A stretch of DNA of 64,000 bases from Octopus vulgaris (Eukaryota). Below the pieces are notes generated by a model that was given only the letters and a program-made list of their open reading frames with translations, searched no databases and had not been told where the DNA came from. The first letter of the stretch is position 1. Every line of letters starts with the position of its first letter. The position numbers were made by a program, and so were the translations under genes. This document shows positions 38,971 through 52,110 of this stretch, piece by piece. Where the stretch lies: assembly GCA_951406725.2 (NCBI GenBank), contig OX597829.1:58094001-58158000 (forward strand), read 5' to 3'.

Positions 38971-40615
38971 TCTATTATATCAATGTCTTTATGTGTGTTT
39001 GTGTGTTACTTATACGTTCGAAAACTGCTGTACCAATCATAATGAAATTTGGAACACAAAATCGAAGCCTAGGGAGAAGAGTAATGCTGTGTGTTTCATA
39101 CAATTTCATGGACCACAATTACTGAATGGATCCTTATGATATTTGAAACTTAGAATCAATGCATAAGGGCACGTATAATGGAATGTTTGGTTAGAATTTC
39201 CGATGGCTTAAAGGGGGCATGAAAATACATAAATTTTCAATGTTGATGAAATTTCAACTGTAAGTAATTGACACACATCAAGAAATATTCTCAAAGTTTC
39301 CACTTCACATGACAATTCTAAGACACCCTAATGGGGTCTTTAACTCCCAAATTTTAGTCAAAAGTACTGAATGGATCTTTACAAAATTTGGAAATTATAT
39401 TCTATGCATAACGGCCATAACCCTCATGACAATTCATATATTTTTGCTGTTGATGAAATTTTAATCATACATATTAGACACAAATGAAGTAATATTTATA
39501 AAATTTCATCTTCTTACAAGTTAGAAAGACCCTTTCATGGGGACTTAACACCCACAATTTACTCATTTTATCTAAGCAAAGATGAATACAGGTGTACTCT
39601 TGGCAGCTGTAGGGTCACCTGAGCATAAAAGATGAGCATTATTTGTAATTCAATGGTACAACAGTGTAAGAGCTTGCTTTGACATACACTTAGATTGTGA
39701 TTTCTGCAATGTGGTGCATAAATTGTCAAGTAAAGGAGAGGCATCTTTGCCCCCACTGATTCAGTTGCAAAGTGTTGAGTAAAGTTATTTAATTTCAGAC
39801 CTCCTTTCAGTCTTTTTATTATCACTGGGTCACACATAGTCCCCTGATGGTAACATTGATTTCAAGGCCTTCCCAGATGAATGACTGGTTATTCAAAGAC
39901 ATTTATAGATTGTAAATTTATTCTGTCCAGTTACGTTTCAGTATAGTGGTTATTTGCAAACTCCAGAGGTGACACTTTAATTTCTCTTTAGCCCTCACGT
40001 CACATAGTTGTTAATGTTGATTTCAGTTGGGTCATGCCCTTCCAATTGCTATAGATTCTTAATGCATCTGACGGCTGCACCTGTCACCTGGATGGTGAGG
40101 AATCCTACATTGGGAGTGGTAACGACTGGATTTCTATAGCTGACTGCTTATTGTGATCATTTGTCTTTTGGTTTCCTGTAGCTTTGCTCTCTTTTACAAA
40201 CCCAGTGAACATAAATATATTTCTTATTTCAAAAAATTCAATCAATAGATATAAGACCCAAGTTAAAAAGATTCTCAACAATTCAACTTCTCTGGTTGAC
40301 ATTAAGACACCCACCCCCAATAGGGGCCTTAATTCTCATATTTTAGAGCTCCATGACCTTCATTTTTCAGGAACAAAATCCTTTTACAGGTTCTATAAGA
40401 CTGGAATTTTGGAATATGCGCATAAAAATTGTTAGTATGGGATACATGTGGCACGATTACAATTTTTTTAGGGTGTATAAAGAAGGAAATAACCATCATC
40501 TGCAATTTTGATGAAATTCGAATCATAGGTATTCTAGTTCATTACCGAAAATCTAACAGAAAAGTCTAATTCTTCAATTGCAAGTGACACGGGCAATGCC
40601 AGGTATCTCTGCTAG
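38971..40615 (+). mobile_element. Helitron-like element
   Basis: a|TCTATTATAT start; acacgggcaatgccaggtatctctgCTAG|t end; possible decayed helicase remnants on the minus strand (KKIVIVPHVS). Confidence 0.65.
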
Positions 40616-40870
40616 TATATATATGTACACACGACAGGCTTCTTTCAGTTTCTGTCCTCCAAATCCACTCAAGGCTTTGGTCACACCAAGGCTATAGTAG
40701 AAGACATTTGCCCAAGGTGCCACGCAGTGGGACTGAACCCAGAACCATGTGGTTCGTAAGCAAGCTACATACAGACAGCCACTCCTATGCCTATCGTGTG
40801 AATTATTTCATTGATAAATTTCATGTTTGAAAATTGATTGGTAATAATTTTTTTACTTTTGTTTTAATAG

Positions 40871-40986
40871 TGAAACAAGATGAAATAAATGGCCTGCAAC
40901 ATGATTTGCGGAAAAACCAAGACATGAAAGCTGAACTCGAGCGGAGATTACGACTTATTGAAACAGAAAAAAATACACTACAGAAG
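40871..40986 (+). CDS. CDC42BPA: MRCK window exon 10 (coiled coil)
   Basis: taatag|(V)KQDEINGLQHDLRKNQDMKAELERRLRLIETEKNTLQK|gtatgg; 116 nt, phase 1-0. Confidence 0.92.
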
Positions 40987-41159
40987 GTATGGAACTTTCA
41001 AATACACAATATCATCTCCTAGATAACTTGAAAACATTTTATTCACATGGCTCCGGGACCAGTCCCTCTGCGTGGCACCTTGGACAAGTGTCTTCTACTA
41101 TAGCCTCAAGCCATCCAAAGCCTTGTGAGTGGATTTGGTAGATGGAAACTGAAAGAAGC

Positions 41160-42155
41160 CTGTCATTCACGGAAGCCAGTCAGTTGCTCTGGCAACAATC
41201 ACTCTCTGAAGATGCTCTTACCGCTCCACTGGCATGGGTTCTAGTCACAGAATTTGATTCGATTTGATTTCCCTTACCTCAAATGGTCTTCGCAAGCAGA
41301 GTTTAGTGTCCAGTGAAAGAAAGGTATGCGTAAATGGGCATAGTCCACTGGTTATGGTCTCACTTGGCTTGCTGGGTCTTCACACACATATTTCCAAAGG
41401 CCTCAGTCACTAGTCCCTATGTCCGAAGGCCATGCTTCACCACCTCATCCCAGAACTTCCTAGGTCTACCTCTTCCTTCTTCCACAGGTTCCCTCAACCG
41501 CTGGGGTGTACACTTTTTCAAACAGCTATCCACATCCATTCTCACCACATGACCATACCAGGGCAGTCGTCCCTCTTGCACACCACATCTGATGTTTCTT
41601 AGGTCCAATTTTTCTCTCAAGGTACTTACACTCTGTTGAGTATGCACACTGACGTTACACATCCAGCGGATCATGTTAGCTTCATTTCTTTCAAGCCTAT
41701 GCATATCTTATGCAGTCACTGCATATTTCCAGAGGTCTCGGTTTTTCGTAATTGCCTTTGTGAGGCCCAATGTACGAAGGTCATGCTTGACTACCTCATC
41801 CCATGCCTTTCTAGGTCTACCTCTACCCCGGATTCCTTCAACTTTTTGGGAGTGGCACTTCTTCACACATCTCTCCTCATCCATCCGTAGTACATGACCA
41901 TACCAACGCAAACCATTTCTCTCAGGGTGCCTACACTCTGTTACGTGTGTACACATCCATCGGATCATGCTAGCTTCATTTCTTTCGAGTCTATGCATGT
42001 CCTCTGCAGTCACAGCCCACATTTCACTGCCGTGAAGCATGGCAGTTCGTACACATGCGTCATACACTCTACCTTTCACCCTGAGCGAGAGATCCTTTGT
42101 TGCTAGTAGGGGAAGAAGCTTTCTAAACTTTGCCCAGGTTATTCTTATTCTAGTG
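41160..42155 (-). mobile_element. RTE C-terminal fragments (two tandem copies)
   Basis: KGRVYDACVRTAMLHGSE...LRWYGHV...GRGRPRK. Confidence 0.88.
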
Positions 42156-42246
42156 GTAAGTTATGGAAGCAAAATGTAGAAATAAGAATTGTAAATGTAT
42201 TTTTTGTATTCTGTGTCATAAATGTGTTATTTCTTTTATTTTTAAG

Positions 42247-42353
42247 GAATTCTACGATATACAAAACAAATATAAAATCCAAACACGAGAGTTAAAAGAA
42301 GTTATATCGAAACAGAAGATTACAATGGAGCGATTCACCGATACTTCAGACGT
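42247..42353 (+). CDS. CDC42BPA: MRCK window exon 11 (coiled coil, KELK-like region)
   Basis: tttaag|EFYDIQNKYKIQTRELKEVISKQKITMERFTDTSD|gtaagt; 107 nt, phase 0-2. Confidence 0.92.
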
Positions 42354-42619
42354 GTAAGTAAAATTGTTTTAGTTGGAGAATAATAATGTATTGCAAAGAT
42401 GTACTTGCATAGCAAGTGACATGACCTGATCTGAGATCGTGTATTGTTTGTGAATATACTCGGTGAGTGCGAAATCTGGGAAAAACCTCAAGAAGCTGGT
42501 ACAGTAGTGGACTCGTTGGACAATGGTGTTTGGGGCTGCTTTGGACAGGGGTTCACATCTTTAGGTCTCTAGTCCTGTCTGTCTTACTCTATAGTTGTGA
42601 GTCTTGAACACTGTCTTGG

Positions 42620-43175
42620 GGCTCTGTAGGAACTACCTGAGAAAAGAGTTCGGGCTCCCTCCCCCATTTTCTCCCAAATTTGTTTATTAAAAAATTTTTT
42701 TTTGCCAAACATCCCCATTTTCAGATACGGAGGTTCTGGAAAATTGCCAAAAGTCAGCATTGTGAAAATTCCCCTGCCCAACTTCTTCAATTTTGACTTT
42801 TTTCTGCAACACTAACCCTAACCCTAACCTGTACCCTAAAACTCTCAACCAAACCCTAACGCTAATTCTAAAACCCTTAGCCTAACCCTAGCATTCTAAC
42901 CCTAATCCTAAAACCTTAAAGCTAAAAGCAGTACAAACGCACAAATGATGTCATAAATAAGTGACAAACGAAATATACACCGCCGATAGTTGTTGTTGAC
43001 AAACAACGGCAGTAATTTTATTCAGCTGAATACACGTCATTGATTGGTTGAAATTACCGAAATACGACAACTTTAACACGAAATAACTTCTAAAAGACAA
43101 AACTTTGTCAAAAACGTTAAGAGTAAAAGATGTTTTATATGACACATTCTACCAGTGTCCAAAGTTTGAAAGTGT
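42620..43175 (-). mobile_element. Unclassified repeat family carrying a degenerate (CCCTAA)n array
   Basis: Flanks shared with 12540-12790, 57455-58185 and 58920-59420. Confidence 0.7.
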
Positions 43176-43879
43176 TTTTTTTTTCTTTACCAAACGATGC
43201 CCAAGACACCAAGCTAAGGACATTTCCTCCTCTTCTTTCTTCTCTCTCATTTTTCCATTCGCTGTTAATTACCTTAAATGTTTTATTACTGACAGCTTGT
43301 TGTTGTTTTTCTTCCGTAAGCTAACCATTGGCAATGACCCCACAAAAGATAATTTTAATTCCATCTCTTAGAATTTCATTAAGTAAATTACTCGTTTCTC
43401 CCTTTGTTTAATTCCATTTCTTTCACCACATCGTTCCCTAAGCTAACTTGCTTGTTCGCTGTGCGCCTGCCCTCACCCACCCCCACCACCAGTACCGGAT
43501 ATCTCTACTGTGTTTCCTTACTGGATATCCCTCCTCCCACAACTATAACAGTTGTCTATTCTCACACATACTTCATGGGCTTTCTTATGTTCTCTTCTGA
43601 TGTAATCTCCAGGGATTCAGGCATCTAGCAACAGGACCCCCATAATGCTATGATGGACTGTGAAGTCTGGCGTAGCATGGTAAATTCCATTGTCTCGACC
43701 ATGGTCGAACAATGATGATGATGATGATGATGTTTAGTTACAAAAAATTAATTTCTTGATCTGCTGTTGAAAGGGTAAATATCCAGGTCCCTGCAGTTGG
43801 CCCACTTGGGGTGTGTATTCAACCATTTATTATGTTTGTTTTTTATTTTGATATCTGTTATATACTTTAAAATCTACAG

Positions 43880-44015
43880 GCTTGGGAAAACGCAATCAAA
43901 AGTGAAAGAACTAGCGAGGAATGTTCGTGATAGAGAGGAAGAAATTGAAGATACGAAACGCAAAGTTGAAAATCTGAAGATGGAGCGTCGAAGATCGGAA
44001 AAGTCCCATGCTGAG
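43880..44015 (+). CDS. CDC42BPA: MRCK window exon 12 (coiled coil)
   Basis: ctacag|(V)LGKTQSKVKELARNVRDREEEIEDTKRKVENLKMERRRSEKSHAE|gtaaag; 136 nt, phase 2-0. Confidence 0.94.
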
Positions 44016-44058
44016 GTAAAGAAGCAATTTTTGTTTCCGTGTGTGAGTGTGTGTTATG

Positions 44059-44108
<50 letters not shown>

Positions 44109-44204
44109 TGACATGGTTGTATGGTAAGAAACTTGCCTTCAAACTATATGGTTCCAGGTTCAGTCTCACAGCAATGGATTTGAGAGATGGAAACTAAAAG
44201 AACC

Positions 44205-44708
44205 CTGTGGAATTATGTACATTATTTACAATTGATAGATATTTGTCCTCATCTTTTTTGTTGTTAACACAGTATTTTGGCTGATATACCCTCCAGCCTT
44301 CATCAGGTGTCTTGGGGAAACTTCGAACTTGGGTTCTCATTCCTAAGGTATTTTTCAATGTCATTATTATTATTATTATTCAGTTCTGTATTTAAAAGAT
44401 GTGGAATTATGCACATTATTTACATTTGACAGATATTTGTCCTCATCTTGTTTGTTGTTAACACAACGTTTTGGCTGATATACCCTCCAGCCTTCTTCAG
44501 ATGTCTTGGGGAAATTTCAAATTTACCCTAACCCAAACTACGCCATATGCCCACAGGCATATGGCTTAGTGGTTAAGAGCGCAGGCTACTAACCTCAAAA
44601 TTCCAAGTTCGATTCCAAGCAGTGACCTAAACAATAACAATAATAATAATAATATTGCAAAATACATTAGGAATGAGAACCCAGGTTTGAAATTTCCCCA
44701 AGACACCT
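44205..44708. mobile_element. Two inverted HHR repeat units, tRNA-like head and truncated direct unit
   Basis: A box TGGCTTAGTGG at 44562-44572, B box GTTCGATTCC at 44607-44616; units on both strands. Confidence 0.8.
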
Positions 44709-45174
44709 ATATCATCATCATCATCATTGTCGTTTAGCGTCCGCTTTCCATGCTGGCATGGGTTGGACGGTTCAACTGGGGTCTGGGAAGCCAGAAGGCT
44801 GCACCAGGCCCAGTCTGATCTGGTAATGTTTCTACGGCTGGATGCCCTTCCTAATGCCAACCACCCCATGAGTGTAGTGGGTGCTTTTTACGTGCCACTG
44901 GCACAGGTGCCATACGAGGCTGGCAAACAGCTACGATCGATGGTGCTTTTTATGTGCCACCGGCACGGCGGCCAGGCAAAGCTGGCAACGGCCATGATCG
45001 GATGGTGCTTTTTACGTGAGGCTTCTGTCAGTTACTGTCTTCCAAATCCACTCACAAGGCTTTGGTCGGCCTGAGGCTATAGTAAAAGAAATTTGCTAAA
45101 GGTGCCATGCAGTGAGCCTGAACCCAGAACCATGTGGTTGGTAAGCAAGCTACTTACCACATAGCCACTCCTAC

Positions 45175-48100
45175 CGCTTTTTTTATCTAGGTTTTTGAAT
45201 GATTGTGTTTTTTTCGAATGTTTGTTTTTTCCCTTTATTTCGCTATTCCACCATGCCAGATTATAAATCCTACCTCCTCACTATCCACCATTGTTTGAAA
45301 GATTACCTCCGCCCTACTCCCTTCAAACTGCTTTCAGTCATCCATTAACCTCTCTCTGCTCCTTTTTAAAAAACCCGCTTCTCTAGCCACGTCTCTTTTC
45401 TAAGCCGCTGCCTACATCACCGCCTCACCCCTAAAGGTTTCCGCCTCCATTTCCACCCTGCTCTCCACTCTGCTTCTTCCATCTTACCCATACTCCACAC
45501 CACATCTTACCGTCTTATGCGGGCCACCATTCGCTCCAATCTCTAAACTACATACCATCGACTGCCTTTTCCCTCCTGCTTTTTCCATCTTTTTCTCCTC
45601 TCTGCCGCCTTTCCATGCTCAAAACACGTTGCACTTCATTATCCATTTGAATCACCTCTTCCACCAATTTCTTTCCAATACCAAACTTCATAAACTCCAA
45701 TCACTCCTCTATTCTATCACACCCGACGCCACTACCCCAACTCCGCCACTACCCTTCTTCCCTCCTGATAGGTTCCACCCACCCACACCTAACCCCACTG
45801 TCCCTCCTAACAACCCCACACACACCTCCCCAATCCCTCCCTCTCAGACCTCCACCAGCCCTACCACCCCTCCTACTCCTATTCCATCCACCCCTTCTCC
45901 ACTTCCGTCTGATCTTCCCCTCTCTGCGGCAGAACGCTCCATCCTCAATAGGGGTCTGCGTTTCATCCCCCTCACTCCATCCTGTAAGGAATTCCAGGCG
46001 TGTGCTGATGTCCACAGCTTTGTGCGCCGCGTCCGGTTGGGTGCGTTTTTCCGCGACATACCACCCGCATCCAACGATGAGGACTGCTTCATTGACCTGG
46101 GCCGCCGACCATCCCTGTGGACGCCTGCCCCGGCCAGTTCCTTGCAGTGGATCTTTTCGCGGGTGCCTGTCAGCGTGCGTTGGCGCGGTTCAACTTCTCC
46201 AGGCGCCACCGCCGCCTCAACATCTCCCCGGCTGAGCTCTCGGCTCTTCGTTCCCTCCAACGGCGCGCTGACATTGTCATCAAACCGGCTGACAAGGGTG
46301 GAGCAGTGATGGTGTGGGGCGCGGTCCTCTACAGGGCCGAGGCGCTCCGCCAACTCAATGACACCTCCTTCTACTCCTCTACTGTCCACGACCTCATCTC
46401 GTCCTCCCGTCTCCCCCACACCACATCCAACCTCATTGTCCGAACCCCACGCACCCCCACCATTTACTTCCCCAAAATCCACAAACACAACAACCCTGGC
46501 TGCCCCATCGTCTCCGCCTGTAACTGCCCCACGGAGCTCATCTCAAAATACCTCGACCGTGTCCTTGCCCCCCTAATGGCGTCTCTTCCCTCCCACATCC
46601 ACGACACCAACCATGCTCTCCGGCTTTTTAACTCTTTCTCCTTTCTTCCCGGCTTCTTCAAAATCCTTTTTACAACAGACATCCAGAGCCTCTATACCGT
46701 CATCCCTCACCACGAAGGACTGCGGGCACTTCAACACTTTCTCGACCTCTGCCCTAACCCCGAACCCTACATCTCCACACTCATTTGTCTGGCTGAACTT
46801 GCCCTTACTCTCAACTGCTTCTCGTTCACGGGCGAGTTCTACCAACAGTTCTCAGGAGTGGACATGGGAACGCGAATGGGCCCCAACGATGTGAACCTGT
46901 TCATTGGCTATGTTGAGGCCCAAATATTCTCTAGTTTCACTGGTCCCACTCCCAAACTATACGGTCGTTACATTGACGACATTATCGGTGCCACCTCACT
47001 CTCCTGTGAACATCTAGATTCCTTCCTCTCTTTCGTTCAATCCTTCCATCCTGCCCTCCACTATCTCCAACACCTCTGTCTCCTTCATCGACATTTCGGT
47101 CAGCATTCATCACTCCACTCTTACTACCTCCACCCACTACAAACACACAGACTCACACTCATACCTAAACTTCTCCTCCTCCCACCCCAAACATACCAAG
47201 CTTTCCATCCCCTATTCCCAATTCCTCCGTCTACGCAGGCTCTGTAGTGACGACCATGACTTTGAGGCTCAGTCTCAACTCGTGGCTCGCCACTTCATCC
47301 TACGTGGTTACCCCCTCACCACTATCCACACCGCCCTTGCCAGAGCACGTTCCGTAGACCGTGCATCTGCTCTCTCCCCCCGAACCCGCCTCCCTTTTCC
47401 CCTCACTTACCACCCCACGACCCTACCTCTCCAACGCACCTTTCTTCGAGCTTTCCGGCATCTCCACTCCGACCCGTCCACTTCACACCTCTTCCCTAAC
47501 CAACCCCTCCCCTCTTTCAAAGGAGCCCATAACCTATGAGACCTCTTAGTCCACAGCTTCTTCCCTGACCCTACCTCCCAACCTGGCTCGTTCCCCTGCT
47601 CCCGCCCATGTTGCCGCACTTGCCCTTACCTCTCCAACACCACCCTCCTCACCGGCACCCATCATCGCCCCTAACGCATCATCGACTCCTTCACCTGCAC
47701 CTCCAGCAATATCCTCTATTGCATCTCCTGCTCTCTCTGCCATTCCCTGTACATTGGACAAACGGGACGCCGCTTTGCTGACCGGTTCGCGGAACACCTC
47801 CGTGACATCCGCCTTGCCAATGACACACCGGTCTCACGCCATTTCCGCTCCACCAGTCTGTGTTCGGAGTGTCCTTGCACAGAGGCCATCCGGATTCCCA
47901 TTTGTGCCGTGAACAGGGATTAATCTTCTCTTTTACGCCATTGGGTCTCAACTCTCCCACCCTTTTCATCTAACCTCCCCCCGACTCCTACTTCTCTTCA
48001 GTCCTTCATCTTTTCACCCCTACTTTCTTTCCCTCCTCTTCCCTTCTTTCCCTTCTCTCTTCTTCTTTCTTCTTCCCTCTTTCCCTTCTCTCTTTTTCGC

Positions 48101-48858
48101 TGCTCCCTCACTTCCCTTCTCTCCCTCTTCCCTCCTCTACTCCCCCCACTCACCCTCCTTCTCTCCTCTCCCTCTCCCCTCCTTTCCCCCCCCCCCTCCT
48201 TCTCTCCTCTCCCTTCCTTTTCCCTTCCCCCTCCTCTGCCCCTCTCCCCTCATCTCCCCCCAGCCGAACCCACACCCCACATGGGCTTTCCCCACTCTCG
48301 TGCCCCCACCTGCCCACAACATCGCACCACACTACACTACACCATACGACATTGCACATCACAACATACCACCCTGCCCACATACCCATCCCCACATCTT
48401 TACACCTACACATACATACACATATCATATCACAACACACCACCCACACACCCATCCCCATATCTCCACACCCACACATACATACATATACACGTCCAGA
48501 TCACCAGCCCTCTTTCACACGCACATACATACTCTCTTATACACACATGCACCTTCATGTTGGGGCGAAGTCACTTGACCCTGTTATCTCCCCTACTATC
48601 CCTCTAGCGTCTAACGTCCGACCTCTGACGTCTGACCTCTGACTTCTGCCTGAAATCAGAACGCCATGATCGACCGTTAGCTCCTACACGCATTTTTTTT
48701 CTCTCCTTGTTCCTTTTCTGTATATCTTTCTGTTGAAGAGCATAGGCTCAAAACGTAAGAGACTTGTTTTATTTCTATTCCTGAGCGCTATACTAATACA
48801 ATTGTTTGTTTGTACTCCACCTGCCTTCGTCTTTTGTTTATTTTCGTAAACCTTCCCG

Positions 48859-48860
<2 letters not shown>
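45175..48860 (+). mobile_element. Penelope-like retroelement, near full length, frameshifted (RT plus GIY-YIG)
   Basis: VIKPADKGG, PKIHK..NPGCPIVS, DIQSLYTVIP, GVDMGTRMGP, YGRYIDD; FTCTSSNILYCISCSLC...YIGQTGRRFADRFAEH; ORF remnants at 45253-47973. Confidence 0.93.
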
Positions 48861-48918
<58 letters not shown>

Positions 48919-49431
48919 ATATATATGTATGTATATATATATGTATGTATATATATATGTATGTATATATATATGTATGTATATATATATGTATGTATGT
49001 ATATATATATGTATGTATATATATATGTATGTATGTATATATATATGTATGTATGTATATATATATGTATGTATGTATATATATATGTATGTATGTATAT
49101 ATATATGTATGTATGTATATATATATGTATGTATGTATATATATATGTATGTATGTATATATATATGTATGTATGTATATATATATATATGTATGTATGT
49201 ATATATATATGTATGTATGTATATATATATATATGTATGTATGTATGTATATATATATGTATGTATGTATGTATATATATATATGTATGTATGTATGTAT
49301 ATATATATATATGTATGTATGTATATATATATATGTATGTATGTATGTATATATATATATGTATGTATGTATATATATATATATATGTATGTATGTATAT
49401 ATATATATATATATGTATGTATGTGTATATA

Positions 49432-49464
<33 letters not shown>

Positions 49465-49732
49465 ATATATATATATGTATGTATGTATATATATATATAT
49501 ATGTATGTATGTGTATATATATATATTATATATATATATATATGTATGTATGTATATATATATATATGTATGTATGTGTATATATATATATATATGTATG
49601 TATATATATATATGTATGTATGTATATATATATATGTATGTATGTATATATATATATGTATGTATATGTATATATATATATGTATGTATGTATATATATA
49701 TATGTATGTATATGTATATATATATATGTATG

Positions 49733-49763
<31 letters not shown>

Positions 49764-49827
49764 ATATATATATGTATGTATATGTATATAATATATATGT
49801 ATGTATATATATATATATATATGTATG

Positions 49828-49862
<35 letters not shown>

Positions 49863-49872
49863 ATATATATAT
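48860..49872. repeat. ~1-kb (TA)n(TATG)n microsatellite attached to a SINE head
   Basis: Direct inspection; SINE head on the minus strand at 49872-50035. Confidence 0.97.
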
Positions 49873-50113
49873 GATGGGCTTCTTTCAGTTTCCGTCTACC
49901 AAATCCACTCACAAGGATTCGGTTGGTCCGAGGCTATAGTAGAAGACACTTACCCAAGGTGTCACGCAGTGGGACTGAACCTGGAGCCATGTAGTTGGTA
50001 ACCAAGCTACTTACCACACAGCCACTCCTACGCCTGTACTGATAAATTCCCCTTTATAATATTGGTTTCCATTCATTCCGTTTACCTACCATTTATTTCA
50101 CTTCGTAATACAG

Positions 50114-50286
50114 CTGCTGCGATCCCTGGAAGAAGCTAGATCCGAAGCAAGCAAAGAGAAAAAACTGCGGGAACGATCCGATCAGTTTGCACGCGATCTC
50201 GAAGGAGAGTTAGAAGCGGTGAAGCAGAAACAGATTGGAAAGTCTACCAGTTCGACAAGTTTAGAACTGTCCCAGGAAGCCGCACG
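50114..50286 (+). CDS. CDC42BPA: MRCK window exon 13 (coiled coil)
   Basis: atacag|LLRSLEEARSEASKEKKLRERSDQFARDLEGELEAVKQKQIGKSTSSTSLELSQEAA|gtaagt; 173 nt, phase 0-2; absent from the ORF track. Confidence 0.94.
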
Positions 50287-51427
50287 GTAAGTATTATACA
50301 ATAAATGCAATTTCATTGTTGCTTGAGGTCAGGTGATTGCTTTGTATGTAATGGCAATTATCATCATCATATCGTCATCATCATATCGTCATCATCATTT
50401 AACATCCGCTTTCCTTACTAGCATGGGTTGGACGATTTGACTGAGGTCTGGCGAACCAGATGGCTGCGCCAAGCTCCAATCTGATCTGGCAGATTTTCTA
50501 CAGCTGGATGCCCATCCTAACACCAACCACTCTGAGAGTGTAGTGGGTGCTTTTACATGCCACCGGTATGAGGGCCAGTCTGGCGTTGCTGGCAACGGCC
50601 ACACTCCAAATGGTATTTTTCACATGCCACCTGCACAAGAATCAGTCCAGCGGCACTGGCAATGACCTCACTCAAATGTTTTGTTCCCGTACTACCAGCA
50701 CAAGTGCCGGTATGGTGACGCTGATAACGATTACGCTCAAATGGTGCTTTTTACATGCCACCAGCATGGAAGCCAGACAGCTGCTGTGGTAGTGATCCCA
50801 CTCGGATGGAGCTGTCAGCGCTCCACTGGCACGGGTGCAAGTCATCGAATTTGGTTCAATTTCAATTTCACTTGCCCCAACAGGTTTTCACAAGTAGAGT
50901 TTAGTGTCCAATGGAAGGAGGTTGGTATGGGTGCCATTCGTCGAATTTGGTTCTATTTCGAATTCAATTTCGATTTATCATTTTGAATATTTTCTGATTC
51001 ATTTGTTTTATCCGTCAAGTTACACCGAAAGCAACATTGCATTCAGAGTAAAGGCTATCATGTTGTTTCATCGAAGCGACCTTTCCACCAGTTCTTGGAT
51101 GCCATATTTATACATGTTCGACTGGGGTCTGGGAGACCAGGAGGCTGCACCAGGCTCCAATCTGATCTGGCAGTGTTTCTACAGCTGGATGCCCTTCCTA
51201 ACACCAACCACTCCGTGAGTGTAGTGGGTGCTTTTTACATGCCACTGACATGGAGCAGAAGGGGCTAGTAACATTCACGATTGGTTGGTGCTCTTATGCA
51301 GCTGTCTTACCAGAAATATAGCATCAGTGGTGCTTTTCCCTGGCATGAACCCAAACTGCATCTCATCTAAACTGACTCTCTCCATTATAAATTTGTGTAT
51401 GTATATATATGCATGCACACACACATA

Positions 51428-51489
<62 letters not shown>

Positions 51490-51494
<5 letters not shown>

Positions 51495-52110
51495 TTTAAC
51501 GCAGGTATAATTCAAATACTTTTACTTCCGACACATGCTTCGAAGATATCACTGGAATTATTCAAAAGAATAAAAGGTGTAAAGCAATATAATCTTCTCT
51601 TCAGGGAAGTGAAGAAATGAAACTCGTCAATAAGACATTTTAACAGAAAATGGTGGATATGTATGTATAGTGATTAACTGAACGCTATTGATATTGTTTG
51701 AAAAACGTTATATGATAAAATGTCAGAAGTAGCCTATAGAAAGAGGAGGGATATTTTTTTAGTGAATGTTAAATATAAAAAGAAAATGTTTAAATTGTCT
51801 ATAATGATAGAGATTACTTATATGAACTAAATGTGTGTTTTTGCCAATGTTTACATCGGTATGCATGCTCTATAACCATGTTTACTAGGGGATTTTTAGA
51901 GAAAATAATGAAAAATAGTTCAGAATTACAGAGAAGATAGAATTCCTTGCCTTTGTCATAAGGTATCGAGATTGAAAGAATCAACCATTCTAAATGAAAT
52001 TGTTTATTGTGGTCTTTTAGATCCCAAATTAATTTACTGAGACCTGTACTGTTATGTTTATTCCTATCCCTAAATGTTGAGTAATTGTTAACAAGGGAAA
52101 AATACACACA
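51490..52110 (-). mobile_element. PLE 3' fragment (Naiad-like C-terminus) with HHR-like motif at 51524-51610
   Basis: STGLSKLIWDLKD...W.IL....Y...LLCNSE...VN...E.AYRCKH; ACTTCC CTGAAGA GAAGAT...ATCTTC GAAG catgt GTC GGAAGT. Confidence 0.7.

Noticed and set aside
44550-44630. tRNA gene
   Set aside because: A and B boxes are present but the acceptor stem is not convincing and the segment is fused to repeat sequence; treated as a tRNA-derived head, like the other SINE heads
48806-49939. 377-aa, 354-aa and 292-aa ORFs rich in Y/I/M/C/V
   Set aside because: Translations of a stop-free (TA/TATG)n microsatellite; the same applies to 37733-38567 and 25415-26408
51610-51813. SECIS element downstream of the Naiad-like ORF
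   Set aside because: No convincing ATGA...AA...GA stem-loop seen by eye
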